Origin: an uncultured delta proteobacterium
GTDB lineage: Bacteria; Desulfobacterota; Binatia; JACPRU01
Assembly (NCBI GenBank): GCA_963708955.1
Contig: CAVPWJ010000058.1
Span: 1-54,698, forward strand
Direction: 5' to 3'
DNA: 54,698 bases
Shown in pieces: positions 26,671 through 35,550 of this stretch (its first letter is position 1; each line of letters begins with the position of its first letter). A program made the position numbers and the translations under genes. The notes under the pieces were generated by a model, which saw only the letters and a program-made list of their open reading frames with translations, was not told where the DNA came from and did no database searches.

Positions 26671-29387
26671 CCCCCGGCTGGCGACTCGTCTTCCAGCCTC
26701 CGCCGCACCGCCTCGCAGATCTCCTGCATGCGGCTCCAGTCGGTGATCTTGTGGCCCGCGGCGTCGGTCACGTAGAAGACGTCGTAGACGTGGTGCAGCA
26801 CGGTCGAGATCTTCGCCAGGTGGATGAGGCAGCCCTGGCGATAGAGCGCGTTGGTGATCGCGAACAAGAGGCCGATCTGATCGCGGGTCGAGACCTCGAT
26901 CAGGCTGTAGTACTCGGAGTCCTGTAGGTCGAACGTCACCGAGGTCTCGATGTGCGGCAGCGGCCGGCGGGTGAGCACGGTCGGGCGCTGCGAGCGCCGC
27001 ACCATGGCCTCCACCGACGTCTCGCCGCGCAGCACGCTTCCGAGGCTCTCGCGCACGCGCCGCCAGCGATCCTCGTCGAGCACGCGGTCGGTCGACTCGC
27101 CGTGCGACAGGCGGAAGACGTCGAGCGCCAGGCCGTTGCGGCTGGTGCTGATCTGCGCGCCGAGAATGTTCATGCCGTGAGCGGCGAGCACGCCGGCGAT
27201 CATCGAGAACAGCCCGGGCCGGTCGGCCGCGCACACCGTGAACTCGGTGAACTCGCGGTCCTTGAAATGGCGAATCGAACAAGTGAACTCTTCGCCCGAC
27301 TCGTGGAACTCGCGCAGCAGCTCGAGGTGGTGCGCGAAGCTCTGCTTGGGCGTGGTGAGGAAATAGCTCGCCGGCATGCTCTGCAGTATGAGCTGGAGCG
27401 TCGCGCGCGCGCCGCCGTCTCGCCCGGTGAACTGCTGTCGCAGGCGCTCGCGCACCCGTTCGACGCGCGCCTCCCGCGCCTCCTCGGCGAACTCGCCCCT
27501 CTCGAAGAGCTCGAGCGTCCGCAGGTAGAGCTCGCCGAGCAGGAGGTCGCGCCAGTTGTTCCACACCTTCGGAGCCACGGCGCGCATGTCCGCGAACGTC
27601 ATCACGTAGAGGCGCTTCAGCACGTCCACGCTGCCCACGTGCCGCGCGAAATCGATGATCACCCGGTCGTCGTGCAAGTCGCGATGCTGGGCGACGTGCG
27701 ACATCAGCAGGTGGTGGCGGACAAGCCGCTCGACGTGACTCACGTCGTCGTCGTCGAGCCCGAGCCGCCGGGCGACCTGCTCGGCGAGCCGCGCGCCGCG
27801 GTCGGAATGTCCCTGCCCGTGTCCCTTGCCGACGTCGTGCAGCAACATGGCGAGGTAGAGCACCTCCGGCCGCTCGATCTCGTGCACCACCTGGGTGAGC
27901 AGCGGGCACGACTCGCGGTGCCGCCCGGCACCGAGCTGCTCGAGCTCCATGACGGCGCGCAGCGTGTGCTCGTCCACCGTGTAGATGTGGTAGAAATCGC
28001 GGATCACCATGCAGCGTAGTTGGCCGAACTCCGGGACCAGCGCGCCGAGCGCACCGACGTCGTGCATCGTGCGCAGCGTCTCGTAGGTTCGCGCTCGCCC
28101 GCGCAGGATCTCGAGGAGCGGCTGGGTCACCGCTTTCGAGGCGCACGCTGCTTCGAGGCGCGCCGCAGCCGCAGCCAGCAGCGCCCGCGCCCGGCTGCCG
28201 ATCTCGACGCCGTGGCGCTGCGACTCGAGGAACACGCCGACCACCTCGGCTGGGTCGTCGAGGACGTCGGGATCGTCGATGGTGATCTCACCGCCGACGA
28301 TGCGCACTCCGGCGCGGATTCGCCGGCTGAAGATGCGCCCGAGCCGGCGCGGGCGCTCGATGCAGCGCTCGATCACCAGATCGGCGAAGCGCTTCAGCCG
28401 CGCCGCGTGCAGGTAATAGTCCTGGAGAAAGCGTTCGACGGCCCGCCGCTCGCCGGCGTCGCGGTAGCCGAATGCGGCCGCCACCCGCTCCTGATGCTCG
28501 AAGGTGAGCTGGTCCTGATGGCTGCCGCTCAGGAAATGCAGGGTGTTGCGCACCTTCCACAGGAAGTCGCGCGACTCGAGGACGGCGTCGAGCTCGCTCT
28601 CCGGTACAACGCCCTTCTGCACGATCTCGCGCAGGCGCTTGGCCTTGAACTTGATGCGCGCCATCCACAGCGCGGTGTGCAGATCGCGCAGGCCGCCCTC
28701 GCCTTCCTTGACGTGCGGCTCGAGCAGGTAGACCGAGCCGCCGTACTCGCGATGACGGGTAGCGCTCTCCTCGACCTTCTCCTTGAAGAAGCGGTCCGGA
28801 TTGCGGCGCACGATGTCACTTTCGACCACGCGGTCGAACTCGGCGGCGAGGTCGTCGTCGCCGCAGAGGAAGCGCGCGTCGAGCAGCGCGGTCCTCACCT
28901 TGAGATCGCGCGCGGCGAGCCGCGCGCACTCCGGAACGCTGCGCACGGCGTGGCCGACATGCAGCCCCGTGTCCCACAGGCTGTAGAGGATCGCCTCGGC
29001 GACGCTCTCGACGAACGGCGTCACCTTCCACTGATAGAGGAACAGCAGGTCGACGTCGGAAAACGGGTTCAGCTCGCCGCGCCCGTAGCCACCCTGCGCG
29101 AGCACCGCGCATTTCTGGTTCACGCGCACGTTGCGACGTGCGAAGTCCTCGACCGCCGCCGCGTGGAGAAAGCCGACCACGCGGTCCATGACTGCGGTGA
29201 ACGCCTCGACGACCTCCGCGCCGCTCGCTCCGGCGGCGTTCCAGGCGTCGAGCCGCGCGCGCGCCTGCTGCACGGCGGCGCGGGCGATCGCGCCAATCTC
29301 CTCGCGTCGTCCGTCGACCGCCGGCAGGACGATGTCTTCGGGACGGAATGCGGGCGCGAGCCCTGGGCGAGCGAGGTTCATGGCCAA
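26667..29387 (-). CDS. glnD: [Protein-PII] uridylyltransferase/uridylyl-removing enzyme
   Basis: GGYGRGEL.P.SDVDL, EPHVKEGEGGLRD, YTVDEH, LLHDVGKG, two ACT domains (DRPGLF, DQIGLL). Confidence 0.96.
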   Translation of the reverse strand: MAMNLARPGLAPAFRPEDIVLPAVDGRREEIGAIARAAVQQARARLDAWNAAGASGAEVVEAFTAVMDRVVGFLHAAAVEDFARRNVRVNQKCAVLAQGGYGRGELNPFSDVDLLFLYQWKVTPFVESVAEAILYSLWDTGLHVGHAVRSVPECARLAARDLKVRTALLDARFLCGDDDLAAEFDRVVESDIVRRNPDRFFKEKVEESATRHREYGGSVYLLEPHVKEGEGGLRDLHTALWMARIKFKAKRLREIVQKGVVPESELDAVLESRDFLWKVRNTLHFLSGSHQDQLTFEHQERVAAAFGYRDAGERRAVERFLQDYYLHAARLKRFADLVIERCIERPRRLGRIFSRRIRAGVRIVGGEITIDDPDVLDDPAEVVGVFLESQRHGVEIGSRARALLAAAAARLEAACASKAVTQPLLEILRGRARTYETLRTMHDVGALGALVPEFGQLRCMVIRDFYHIYTVDEHTLRAVMELEQLGAGRHRESCPLLTQVVHEIERPEVLYLAMLLHDVGKGHGQGHSDRGARLAEQVARRLGLDDDDVSHVERLVRHHLLMSHVAQHRDLHDDRVIIDFARHVGSVDVLKRLYVMTFADMRAVAPKVWNNWRDLLLGELYLRTLELFERGEFAEEAREARVERVRERLRQQFTGRDGGARATLQLILQSMPASYFLTTPKQSFAHHLELLREFHESGEEFTCSIRHFKDREFTEFTVCAADRPGLFSMIAGVLAAHGMNILGAQISTSRNGLALDVFRLSHGESTDRVLDEDRWRRVRESLGSVLRGETSVEAMVRRSQRPTVLTRRPLPHIETSVTFDLQDSEYYSLIEVSTRDQIGLLFAITNALYRQGCLIHLAKISTVLHHVYDVFYVTDAAGHKITDWSRMQEICEAVRRRLEDESPAGG

Positions 29388-29439
29388 GCGGACAATCTAC
29401 CGCAAAAGGCTCGGCGAGTCTTCGCGGCCCGTCGCGACC

Positions 29440-30747
29440 TCACAGTGTCTTGGCGAGCCTGACCTGCGACAGGTAGCGGCGAATCCCCTGGAAGATGCCG
29501 TCCGCCAGCGCCTCCTGGTACATGGACGTTCCGAGGCGGCGGCCTTCGACCGGGTTGGTGAGGAACGACACCTCGACCAGCACGCACGGCATATAGGCGC
29601 CGACCAGGACGTAGAACGGCCCCTCCTTGACGCCGAGATCCTCGACGCCCTCGTAGCGGTCCTGCAGCCGCGAGACCACCGCGCCTTGCAGGTGCTCGGC
29701 GAGCTGCTTCGACTCCTCGACCTTGTAGGTCTGCCGCAGGTCACTCAGGATGTAGGAGAGATCGGGGATCGCCGCCTGCAGCTTCGGGTTGCGCGGATCC
29801 CAGCGCAGGTCGTTCTCCATGGCGGCGAGTCGCAGCGTGCCGCGGTTGCCCGTGTTGTTCAGGTAGTAAACCTCGACGCCGCGCAGCGCGGGGTTCGTGC
29901 TCGCGTTGGCGTGGACCGAGAGGAAGAGGTCGGCGCCCTGCGCGTTGGCGAATCCGGTTCGCTCTTCGAGCGAGAGGAAGCGGTCGTCGCTGCGGGTGAG
30001 CGCGACGTCGATCGCCGGCTCGGCGCGCAGCAACGCGACGAGCCGCCGGGAGACCGCGAGCACGAGATCCTTCTCGTCGAGCCCGCCGACGCTGCGCGCT
30101 CCCGGGTCCTTGCCGCCGTGACCGGGATCGATGACCACATGGAAGCGCTTGGCCGCGATCGTCGTCTCGGCCGGCGGCGTGGCGGCAGCCTTCCCCGCCG
30201 CGCGCGGCGGGGAAGGCGCGGCTTCGCGGCGCGGCGCCGACGCGGGCGCTCGAGCCGAGGCGCCGTCCGGCACTCGCACCGTATCGAGCCGCCGGATCGT
30301 CGCCTCTTGCGTCGGCGATGCCGCCCCTCTGCCCTTCAGGTCGATCACCAGCCGGTAGGGATCGGGCAGCGTGAACACGCGCGCGTCGGCTTCGGCGGCG
30401 AGATCGAGCACGATACGCGCCGTATCGACGGCGTATTGCCCCGTGCGGATGCCGCGCACCAGAACGTCCCCCACGGACAGCGGCTCGCGCGCCTCGGGAC
30501 CGATCTTCGCCGAAACGAGATCGACCACCAGGCGGTCGGGCGGGCCGGACCCGCCTTCGGGCACGACCGGCGTCATGCGGAACTCGACCGGCCCCGACAG
30601 GTCGACGACGACGCGGCTGTAGGACGCGGTGCCGATGTAGCGGATGCGCTCGACGAGCGTCTTCTCCGCCGAAGAGCCCCACGCTAAACCGGCGACGAGC
30701 ACGGCCGCGATCGCGGCGATCAGGCGATTCTTCCCGGCGGACTTCAC
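29440..30747 (-). CDS. N-acetylmuramoyl-L-alanine amidase with AMIN domain (AmiC-like)
   Basis: Signal peptide, PDRLVVDL/PYRLVIDL AMIN motifs, VIDPGHGGKDPGA, EKD, LFLSVHANA, LVEVSFLTN; GTGA coupling to the mutS stop. Confidence 0.94.
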   Translation of the reverse strand: MKSAGKNRLIAAIAAVLVAGLAWGSSAEKTLVERIRYIGTASYSRVVVDLSGPVEFRMTPVVPEGGSGPPDRLVVDLVSAKIGPEAREPLSVGDVLVRGIRTGQYAVDTARIVLDLAAEADARVFTLPDPYRLVIDLKGRGAASPTQEATIRRLDTVRVPDGASARAPASAPRREAAPSPPRAAGKAAATPPAETTIAAKRFHVVIDPGHGGKDPGARSVGGLDEKDLVLAVSRRLVALLRAEPAIDVALTRSDDRFLSLEERTGFANAQGADLFLSVHANASTNPALRGVEVYYLNNTGNRGTLRLAAMENDLRWDPRNPKLQAAIPDLSYILSDLRQTYKVEESKQLAEHLQGAVVSRLQDRYEGVEDLGVKEGPFYVLVGAYMPCVLVEVSFLTNPVEGRRLGTSMYQEALADGIFQGIRRYLSQVRLAKTL

Positions 30748-33398
30748 GACCGGCTGGCCTCCCGCTTCGCCCGCTCGACCAGGTCGGCCAGCCGCCCGAT
30801 CGCCTCGATCGGCGTCAGGGTCAGCGGATCGATCTCCCGGAGGGCATCGAGGATCGCCCGCTCCTCCGGCGACGACGCGGCGAACAGCCCGAGCTGCCCC
30901 GAGCGACGGCCGTGCGCGGCGAGCCGGGGCTCGCCGGCCTCGTCGCGCTCTCCGCTCTCGAGGTTCCGCAAGATCTCCTGCGCGCGCGCGATCACGCCGT
31001 CGGGCACGCCAGCGAGCCGGGCCACGTGGATTCCGTAGCTCTGGCTCGCCGGGCCCGGCACGATGCGGCGCAAAAAGACCACGTCGCCCTGCCACTCCTT
31101 CACCGCCACCGAGAAGTTCGCCACGCGCTCGGCGGTCAGGGCGAGATCGGTGAGCTCGTGAAAGTGCGTCGCGAACAGGGTCTTCGGCCGCGCCGGCGAG
31201 GCATGCAGGTGCTCGGCCACCGCCCAGGCGATCGAGATGCCGTCGAACGTGCTGGTGCCGCGGCCGATTTCGTCGAGCACGACCAACGAGCGCAGCGTCA
31301 GGTGCGCGAGGATGTGCGCCGTCTCCTTCATCTCGACCATGAACGTGGAGTCGCCCGCGGCCAGGTCGTCGGCCGCGCCAACGCGCGTGAATATGCGGTC
31401 GACGACGCCGACTCGCGCCCGCGAGGCGGGCACGAAGCCGCCCATCTGCGCCATCAAGACGATCAGCGCGTTTTGCCGGAGGTAGGTCGACTTCCCCGCC
31501 ATGTTCGGGCCGGTAAGGACGATCACCTGAGCGCGCTCGGGATCGAGATCGGTGTCGTTCGGCACGAAGCGCCCAGGCGGCAGCGCGCGCTCGATCACCG
31601 GGTGGCGTCCCTCGTGGATCTCGAGCACCGTGGAGCGATCCAGGCTCGGCCGCACGTAGCGGCCGTCGACCGCCACCTCGGCGAGCGAGCGCAGGGCGTC
31701 GATCTCGGCGAGCGCGCCGGCGGTGGCGACGATCTCCGCGAGGCGCGCGGCCCCCTCGGCCACCAACACCGCGAACAGCTCCGCCTCGAGCGCGCGCAGG
31801 CGCTCCTCGGCGCCGAGCACTTTTGCCTCGTACTCCTTCAGCTCCGGGGTCACGAAGCGCTCGCCGCCGGCGATCGTCTGCTTGCGCTGGTAGTCGGCCG
31901 GCACCAGCCGCAGGTTCGCGTTGGTGACCTCGATGTAGTAGCCGAACACCTTGTTGTAGCGGACCTTCAGCGAGCCGATGGTGGTGCGCGCCCGCTCGCG
32001 CGCCTCGAGCTCGGCGATCCAGCTCTTGCCGTCGCGACGAAGCGCGCGCAGATCGTCGACCTCGGGCGAATAACCGGAGCGGACGAGGTCGCCCTGCTTG
32101 GACGAGAGCGGCGGCACGTCGACCAGCGCGCGGGCGACGAGGTCGCGGAGATCCGCGAGCGGAGAGATCCCGGCGCCGAGCTCGCCGAGCAGCGCCGAGC
32201 TCGCCTCGGCAAGCCGCGTCTGGGCAGCCTCGGCCCGCCCGAGCGCCTGGCGCAGCCGCGCCAGATCCCGCGGCGAGGCCGAGCCGCTACCGATCCGCCC
32301 CGCCAGGCGCTCGAGATCGCCGAGGCCGTCGAGCGACCCGCCGAGATCGTCGCGTAGCGCCGAGCTCTCCACCAGCTCCTCCACGGCGTCGAGCCGCCGG
32401 CCGATGCGCGACGGATCGAGCAGCGGATAGAGCAGCCAGCGGCGCAGCACGCGCGCCCCCATCGGCGTCAGCGCGCGGTCGAGCACCGCGAGCAGCGACC
32501 CGCCGCGCTCGCCGCGCGTGTTCTCGACGAGCTCGAGGTTTCGGCGGCTGGCTTCGTCGACGACCAGAAATTCGGCGATGGCGTACGGCTCCGGCGTGCG
32601 CAGGTGCGCCGTGCCGACGAGCTGCCCGTCAAGCACGCTGAGCAGGGCGCCGAGCGCGCCGGCGGCGAGCGGCCGGCAGCGCCAGAAGTCGATCGCCGCC
32701 GCCCCGCCGCGGGTCTCGAGCCAACCGAACAACCGCTCGGCGGAGAACTCGGCGGCCGGCAGCTCGCTGGTACGCAGCGCCGCGGGCAGGCGTGCCGACG
32801 CGGGCGGCGGTATCGAGCCCGCGGCCATCACCACCTCGCGCGGTCGCAACCGGCCGAGCTCCTCGCACAGCGCTTCGAGCGAGTCGATCTCGGCCGCGCG
32901 CAGCTCTCCGGTCGAAAGATCGACGACCGCCAACGCCGATCGCTCGCCGCACGCCACGACCGCGGTGAGATAGCTCGGCGCTCGCGGGTCGAGGCTCTCC
33001 TCCTCGAGCACTGTGCCAGGCGTGACCACGCGCACCACCTTGCGCTCGACGATACCCTTGGCGGTCGCCGGATCTTCGACCTGCTCGCAGATCGCCACCT
33101 TGAGGCCGTGCTCGAGCAGCTTCTGGACGTAGGGCTGGACCGAGTGATGCGGCACGCCGCAGAGCGGGATGGGAGCTTCGTCTCCCTTGTTGCGCGAGGT
33201 GAGCGTCAGATCGAGCAGCCGGCTGGCGCGCTCGGCGTCTTCGAAGAACATCTCGTAGAAGTCACCGAGCCGGTAGAGGAGGATCGCGTCGGGATAACTC
33301 TCCTTGACGCGCAGATATTGCTGCACCATCGGCGTCAGCTTGACGACCGGCGGCGCCTTGTCGGGAAGCCCGAGCGGCAGTCCTAGCACCTCGCTCAC
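30744..33398 (-). CDS. mutS: DNA mismatch repair protein MutS
   Basis: TPMVQQY, GDFYEMFFEDA, VAICEQ, TGPNMAGKSTYLRQ, STFMVEM, DEIGRGTST, FATHFHEL; GTG at 33398 overlaps the upstream stop (alternative start 33419). Confidence 0.98.
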   Translation of the reverse strand: MSEVLGLPLGLPDKAPPVVKLTPMVQQYLRVKESYPDAILLYRLGDFYEMFFEDAERASRLLDLTLTSRNKGDEAPIPLCGVPHHSVQPYVQKLLEHGLKVAICEQVEDPATAKGIVERKVVRVVTPGTVLEEESLDPRAPSYLTAVVACGERSALAVVDLSTGELRAAEIDSLEALCEELGRLRPREVVMAAGSIPPPASARLPAALRTSELPAAEFSAERLFGWLETRGGAAAIDFWRCRPLAAGALGALLSVLDGQLVGTAHLRTPEPYAIAEFLVVDEASRRNLELVENTRGERGGSLLAVLDRALTPMGARVLRRWLLYPLLDPSRIGRRLDAVEELVESSALRDDLGGSLDGLGDLERLAGRIGSGSASPRDLARLRQALGRAEAAQTRLAEASSALLGELGAGISPLADLRDLVARALVDVPPLSSKQGDLVRSGYSPEVDDLRALRRDGKSWIAELEARERARTTIGSLKVRYNKVFGYYIEVTNANLRLVPADYQRKQTIAGGERFVTPELKEYEAKVLGAEERLRALEAELFAVLVAEGAARLAEIVATAGALAEIDALRSLAEVAVDGRYVRPSLDRSTVLEIHEGRHPVIERALPPGRFVPNDTDLDPERAQVIVLTGPNMAGKSTYLRQNALIVLMAQMGGFVPASRARVGVVDRIFTRVGAADDLAAGDSTFMVEMKETAHILAHLTLRSLVVLDEIGRGTSTFDGISIAWAVAEHLHASPARPKTLFATHFHELTDLALTAERVANFSVAVKEWQGDVVFLRRIVPGPASQSYGIHVARLAGVPDGVIARAQEILRNLESGERDEAGEPRLAAHGRRSGQLGLFAASSPEERAILDALREIDPLTLTPIEAIGRLADLVERAKREASRS

Positions 33399-33904
33399 GC
33401 GCCGACCCGTCTTTTCCACCCCGCCGGCGCGCGACGCCGGGGCCGAGCCGTGCCAGTCGCTGGGCGCAACGATCCGCCGGTGCCGATCGCCAGCCGCCCG
33501 ATGCGGCCGCGCAGCGTCCGGACCAGAGGACCGAGCGCGATCGAGAACACGAACTGGCGCTCGATCACGTCGAGGATGCGGCGTCGATCGGCGGTGACCA
33601 GGAACAGGCGCTCGCCGTCAGTCACCAGCTTCAACTGGCCGAGCGGATCGAGCACCTTGGGGTGTACCTCGCGCAGCGCGGCCAGGCTCTTGCGGATGTT
33701 CCGCGGCTTCAAGCCGCGCTCGATCAGCGTGCGCACCACCGACAACCGCACGAGGTCGAGAAAGAAGTAGCGCCGCCGCGTACCACGCCCCGCGGCCGAA
33801 CGCGCCGAAGGCTTCACCAGACCGATCTCGTCCCAGTACTGGATCTGGCGCGGTGTGACGCCGACGATCCGGCAGGCGCCACGGCTGGGAAACCCATCGT
33901 CCAA
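33395..33904 (-). CDS. MerR-family transcriptional regulator (Rv1830/McdR-like)
   Basis: ACRIVGVTPRQIQYWDEIGLVKPS..AAGRGTRRRY..DL, GL...IRK, L.LVTDG, QFVFSIAL; TTG start with GAGAGGA SD. Confidence 0.85.
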   Translation of the reverse strand: MDDGFPSRGACRIVGVTPRQIQYWDEIGLVKPSARSAAGRGTRRRYFFLDLVRLSVVRTLIERGLKPRNIRKSLAALREVHPKVLDPLGQLKLVTDGERLFLVTADRRRILDVIERQFVFSIALGPLVRTLRGRIGRLAIGTGGSLRPATGTARPRRRAPAGWKRRVGA

Positions 33905-33917
33905 TCCTCTCTCCACG

Positions 33918-33937
33918 AGAAAACACCGATGTTTTCT
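33918..33937. promoter_or_regulatory. Palindromic operator in the leader of the MerR-mutS operon
   Basis: AGAAAACA-CCGA-TGTTTTCT, a perfect 8-4-8 inverted repeat between the -10 and the SD. Confidence 0.7.
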
Positions 33938-33944
33938 GTGTGTC

Positions 33945-33973
33945 AGGATACGAAGGTCGCGCGCCGCGGTCAA
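33945..33973 (-). promoter_or_regulatory. sigma70 promoter for the MerR-mutS operon
   Basis: TTGACC-N17-TATCCT. Confidence 0.7.
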
Positions 33974-34046
33974 CTCCGGCGGGCATCGCGCCCACCCGTG
34001 CCGTCGACCTTTCGTTGCGCCCGGCGAAGATGCTACGAGTCTACCA

Positions 34047-34772
34047 GTGAGCCGCCGCCCGCTGATCGGCATCTCCTCCTACCCACGAACCAACTCCCGG
34101 AGCGCTAGCCGCGAAGTCTATCACCTGCCGACCAACTACGTCGACGCGGTGCGCGCCGCCGGCGGCACCCCGCTGATCCTGCCACCCGGCGAGTCCGATC
34201 CACCGCGCATGCTCGACTCGCTCGACGGGCTGATCCTGTCCGGCGGGGGCGATGTGGCGCCGGAGCGCTACGCCGGCCTCGGCCACGATACGATCTATGG
34301 AGTGTCCGAGGAGCGCGACACTTTCGAGATCGAGCTCGCGCGCGCGGCGCTCGCCCGCGACGATTTTCCGTTTCTGTGCATCTGCCGCGGCATGCAGGTT
34401 CTGAACATCGCGCTCGGCGGAGACCTGCATCCCCACCTGCCCGATCTCTGCAAGAGCAACATCGAGCACCGGCTGCCGGAGAAACTACACACGCACCACC
34501 GCGCCACGGTGGCACCCGGGAGCCGGCTCGCCTCGTTCCTCGGCTCCACCGACGTCAAGGTCTGCTCCTGGCACCACCAGGCGATCCGCATACTGGCGCC
34601 CGGTTTGAAGGCCGTAGCCTGGGCGGATGACGGCATCGTCGAGGCGGTGGAGCACGAGATCCATTCGCTGTGCGTCGCCGTGCAGTGGCACCCGGAAATG
34701 CAGATCGACGACCCTGCGCAGCGACGGTTGTTTCGCTCGTTCGTCGAGCTCGCCGGCAACGGGCGGCGGTGA
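34047..34772 (+). CDS. Gamma-glutamyl-gamma-aminobutyrate hydrolase family (peptidase C26, PuuD-like)
   Basis: RPLIGI, Y..AV..AGG.P, LDGLILSGGGDV.P..Y, ICRGMQ, HHQAI, VQWHPE triad. Confidence 0.9.
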   Translation: MSRRPLIGISSYPRTNSRSASREVYHLPTNYVDAVRAAGGTPLILPPGESDPPRMLDSLDGLILSGGGDVAPERYAGLGHDTIYGVSEERDTFEIELARAALARDDFPFLCICRGMQVLNIALGGDLHPHLPDLCKSNIEHRLPEKLHTHHRATVAPGSRLASFLGSTDVKVCSWHHQAIRILAPGLKAVAWADDGIVEAVEHEIHSLCVAVQWHPEMQIDDPAQRRLFRSFVELAGNGRR

Positions 34773-34931
34773 GCCGATGGCCCCACTTCCCTTGCCGGTT
34801 CGGTCGTGCGGGTCGGCCTGAAAGGCGACACCGAGCGCGCTGGCGCTCGTCTTCGACGACACCGACGGAGCTGCCGGCTTCGATGCCCAGCGTCAAGACG
34901 CGAACGATTCACGAATTTCCTAATGAACCGC

Positions 34932-34964
34932 TTGACATACGTCATTTCATCGAATAACCGTTCG
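34932..34964 (+). promoter_or_regulatory. Candidate promoter of lrp-gltBD with overlapping palindrome
   Basis: TTGACA-N17-TAACCG; CGAATAACCGTTCG at 34951-34964; AT-rich island. Confidence 0.55.
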
Positions 34965-34985
34965 GAGCTTTTGGGGTTTTACCTC

Positions 34986-35546
34986 ATGAAATTAGGTGAA
35001 GACACGGACATTGATCTCGACGACATCGACCTCGGCATCCTCTCGCTCCTGCAGGAGAACTGCCGGACGTCGCTCGCCAAGATCGGCGAGCGGGTCGGGC
35101 TGTCGGCTCCGTCGGTGATCGAGCGGGTGAAGAAGCTCGAGGACGGCGGCGTGATCCGCGGCTACCACGCGACCCTCGACGCGCGCAGCCTCGGTATGGA
35201 CATCACCGCGTTCATCGGCGTCTACGTCAGCCACCCGCAATTGATCGGCAGCTTCGAGAGCGAGATCGAAGCGATCGAGGACGTGCTCGAGTGCCACCAC
35301 GTCACCGGCGGCCACACGCTGCTGCTCAAGGTGAAGACCGCGAATACGTCCTCGCTCGAGGCGCTGATTAGCCGACTGCGCTCGATCAACGGCGTCGAGA
35401 AGACCGAGACGATGGTGGTGCTATCGACGCATACCGAACGATCCCAGCTGAAGCTTCCGAGGGTTTCCGCCCCTCCGCTCGGCGCCGAGACGGCGCCCGC
35501 GGACAAGCGGGCGCGGCGCAACGGACATCGCGTGGCACGGGGTTGA
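34986..35546 (+). CDS. Lrp/AsnC-family transcriptional regulator
   Basis: [55 protein letters not shown]. Confidence 0.95.
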   Translation: MKLGEDTDIDLDDIDLGILSLLQENCRTSLAKIGERVGLSAPSVIERVKKLEDGGVIRGYHATLDARSLGMDITAFIGVYVSHPQLIGSFESEIEAIEDVLECHHVTGGHTLLLKVKTANTSSLEALISRLRSINGVEKTETMVVLSTHTERSQLKLPRVSAPPLGAETAPADKRARRNGHRVARG

Positions 35547-35550
35547 CGCC

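Noticed and set aside
34795-34906. Glutamine riboswitch upstream of lrp-gltBD
   Set aside because: Small hairpins exist, but the consensus is not matched and the region lies upstream of the predicted promoter
34951-34964. Gram-positive-type LexA box (CGAAC-N4-GTTCG, one mismatch)
   Set aside because: Context is nitrogen assimilation and the LexA motif of this lineage is unknown; an Lrp site is more parsimonious
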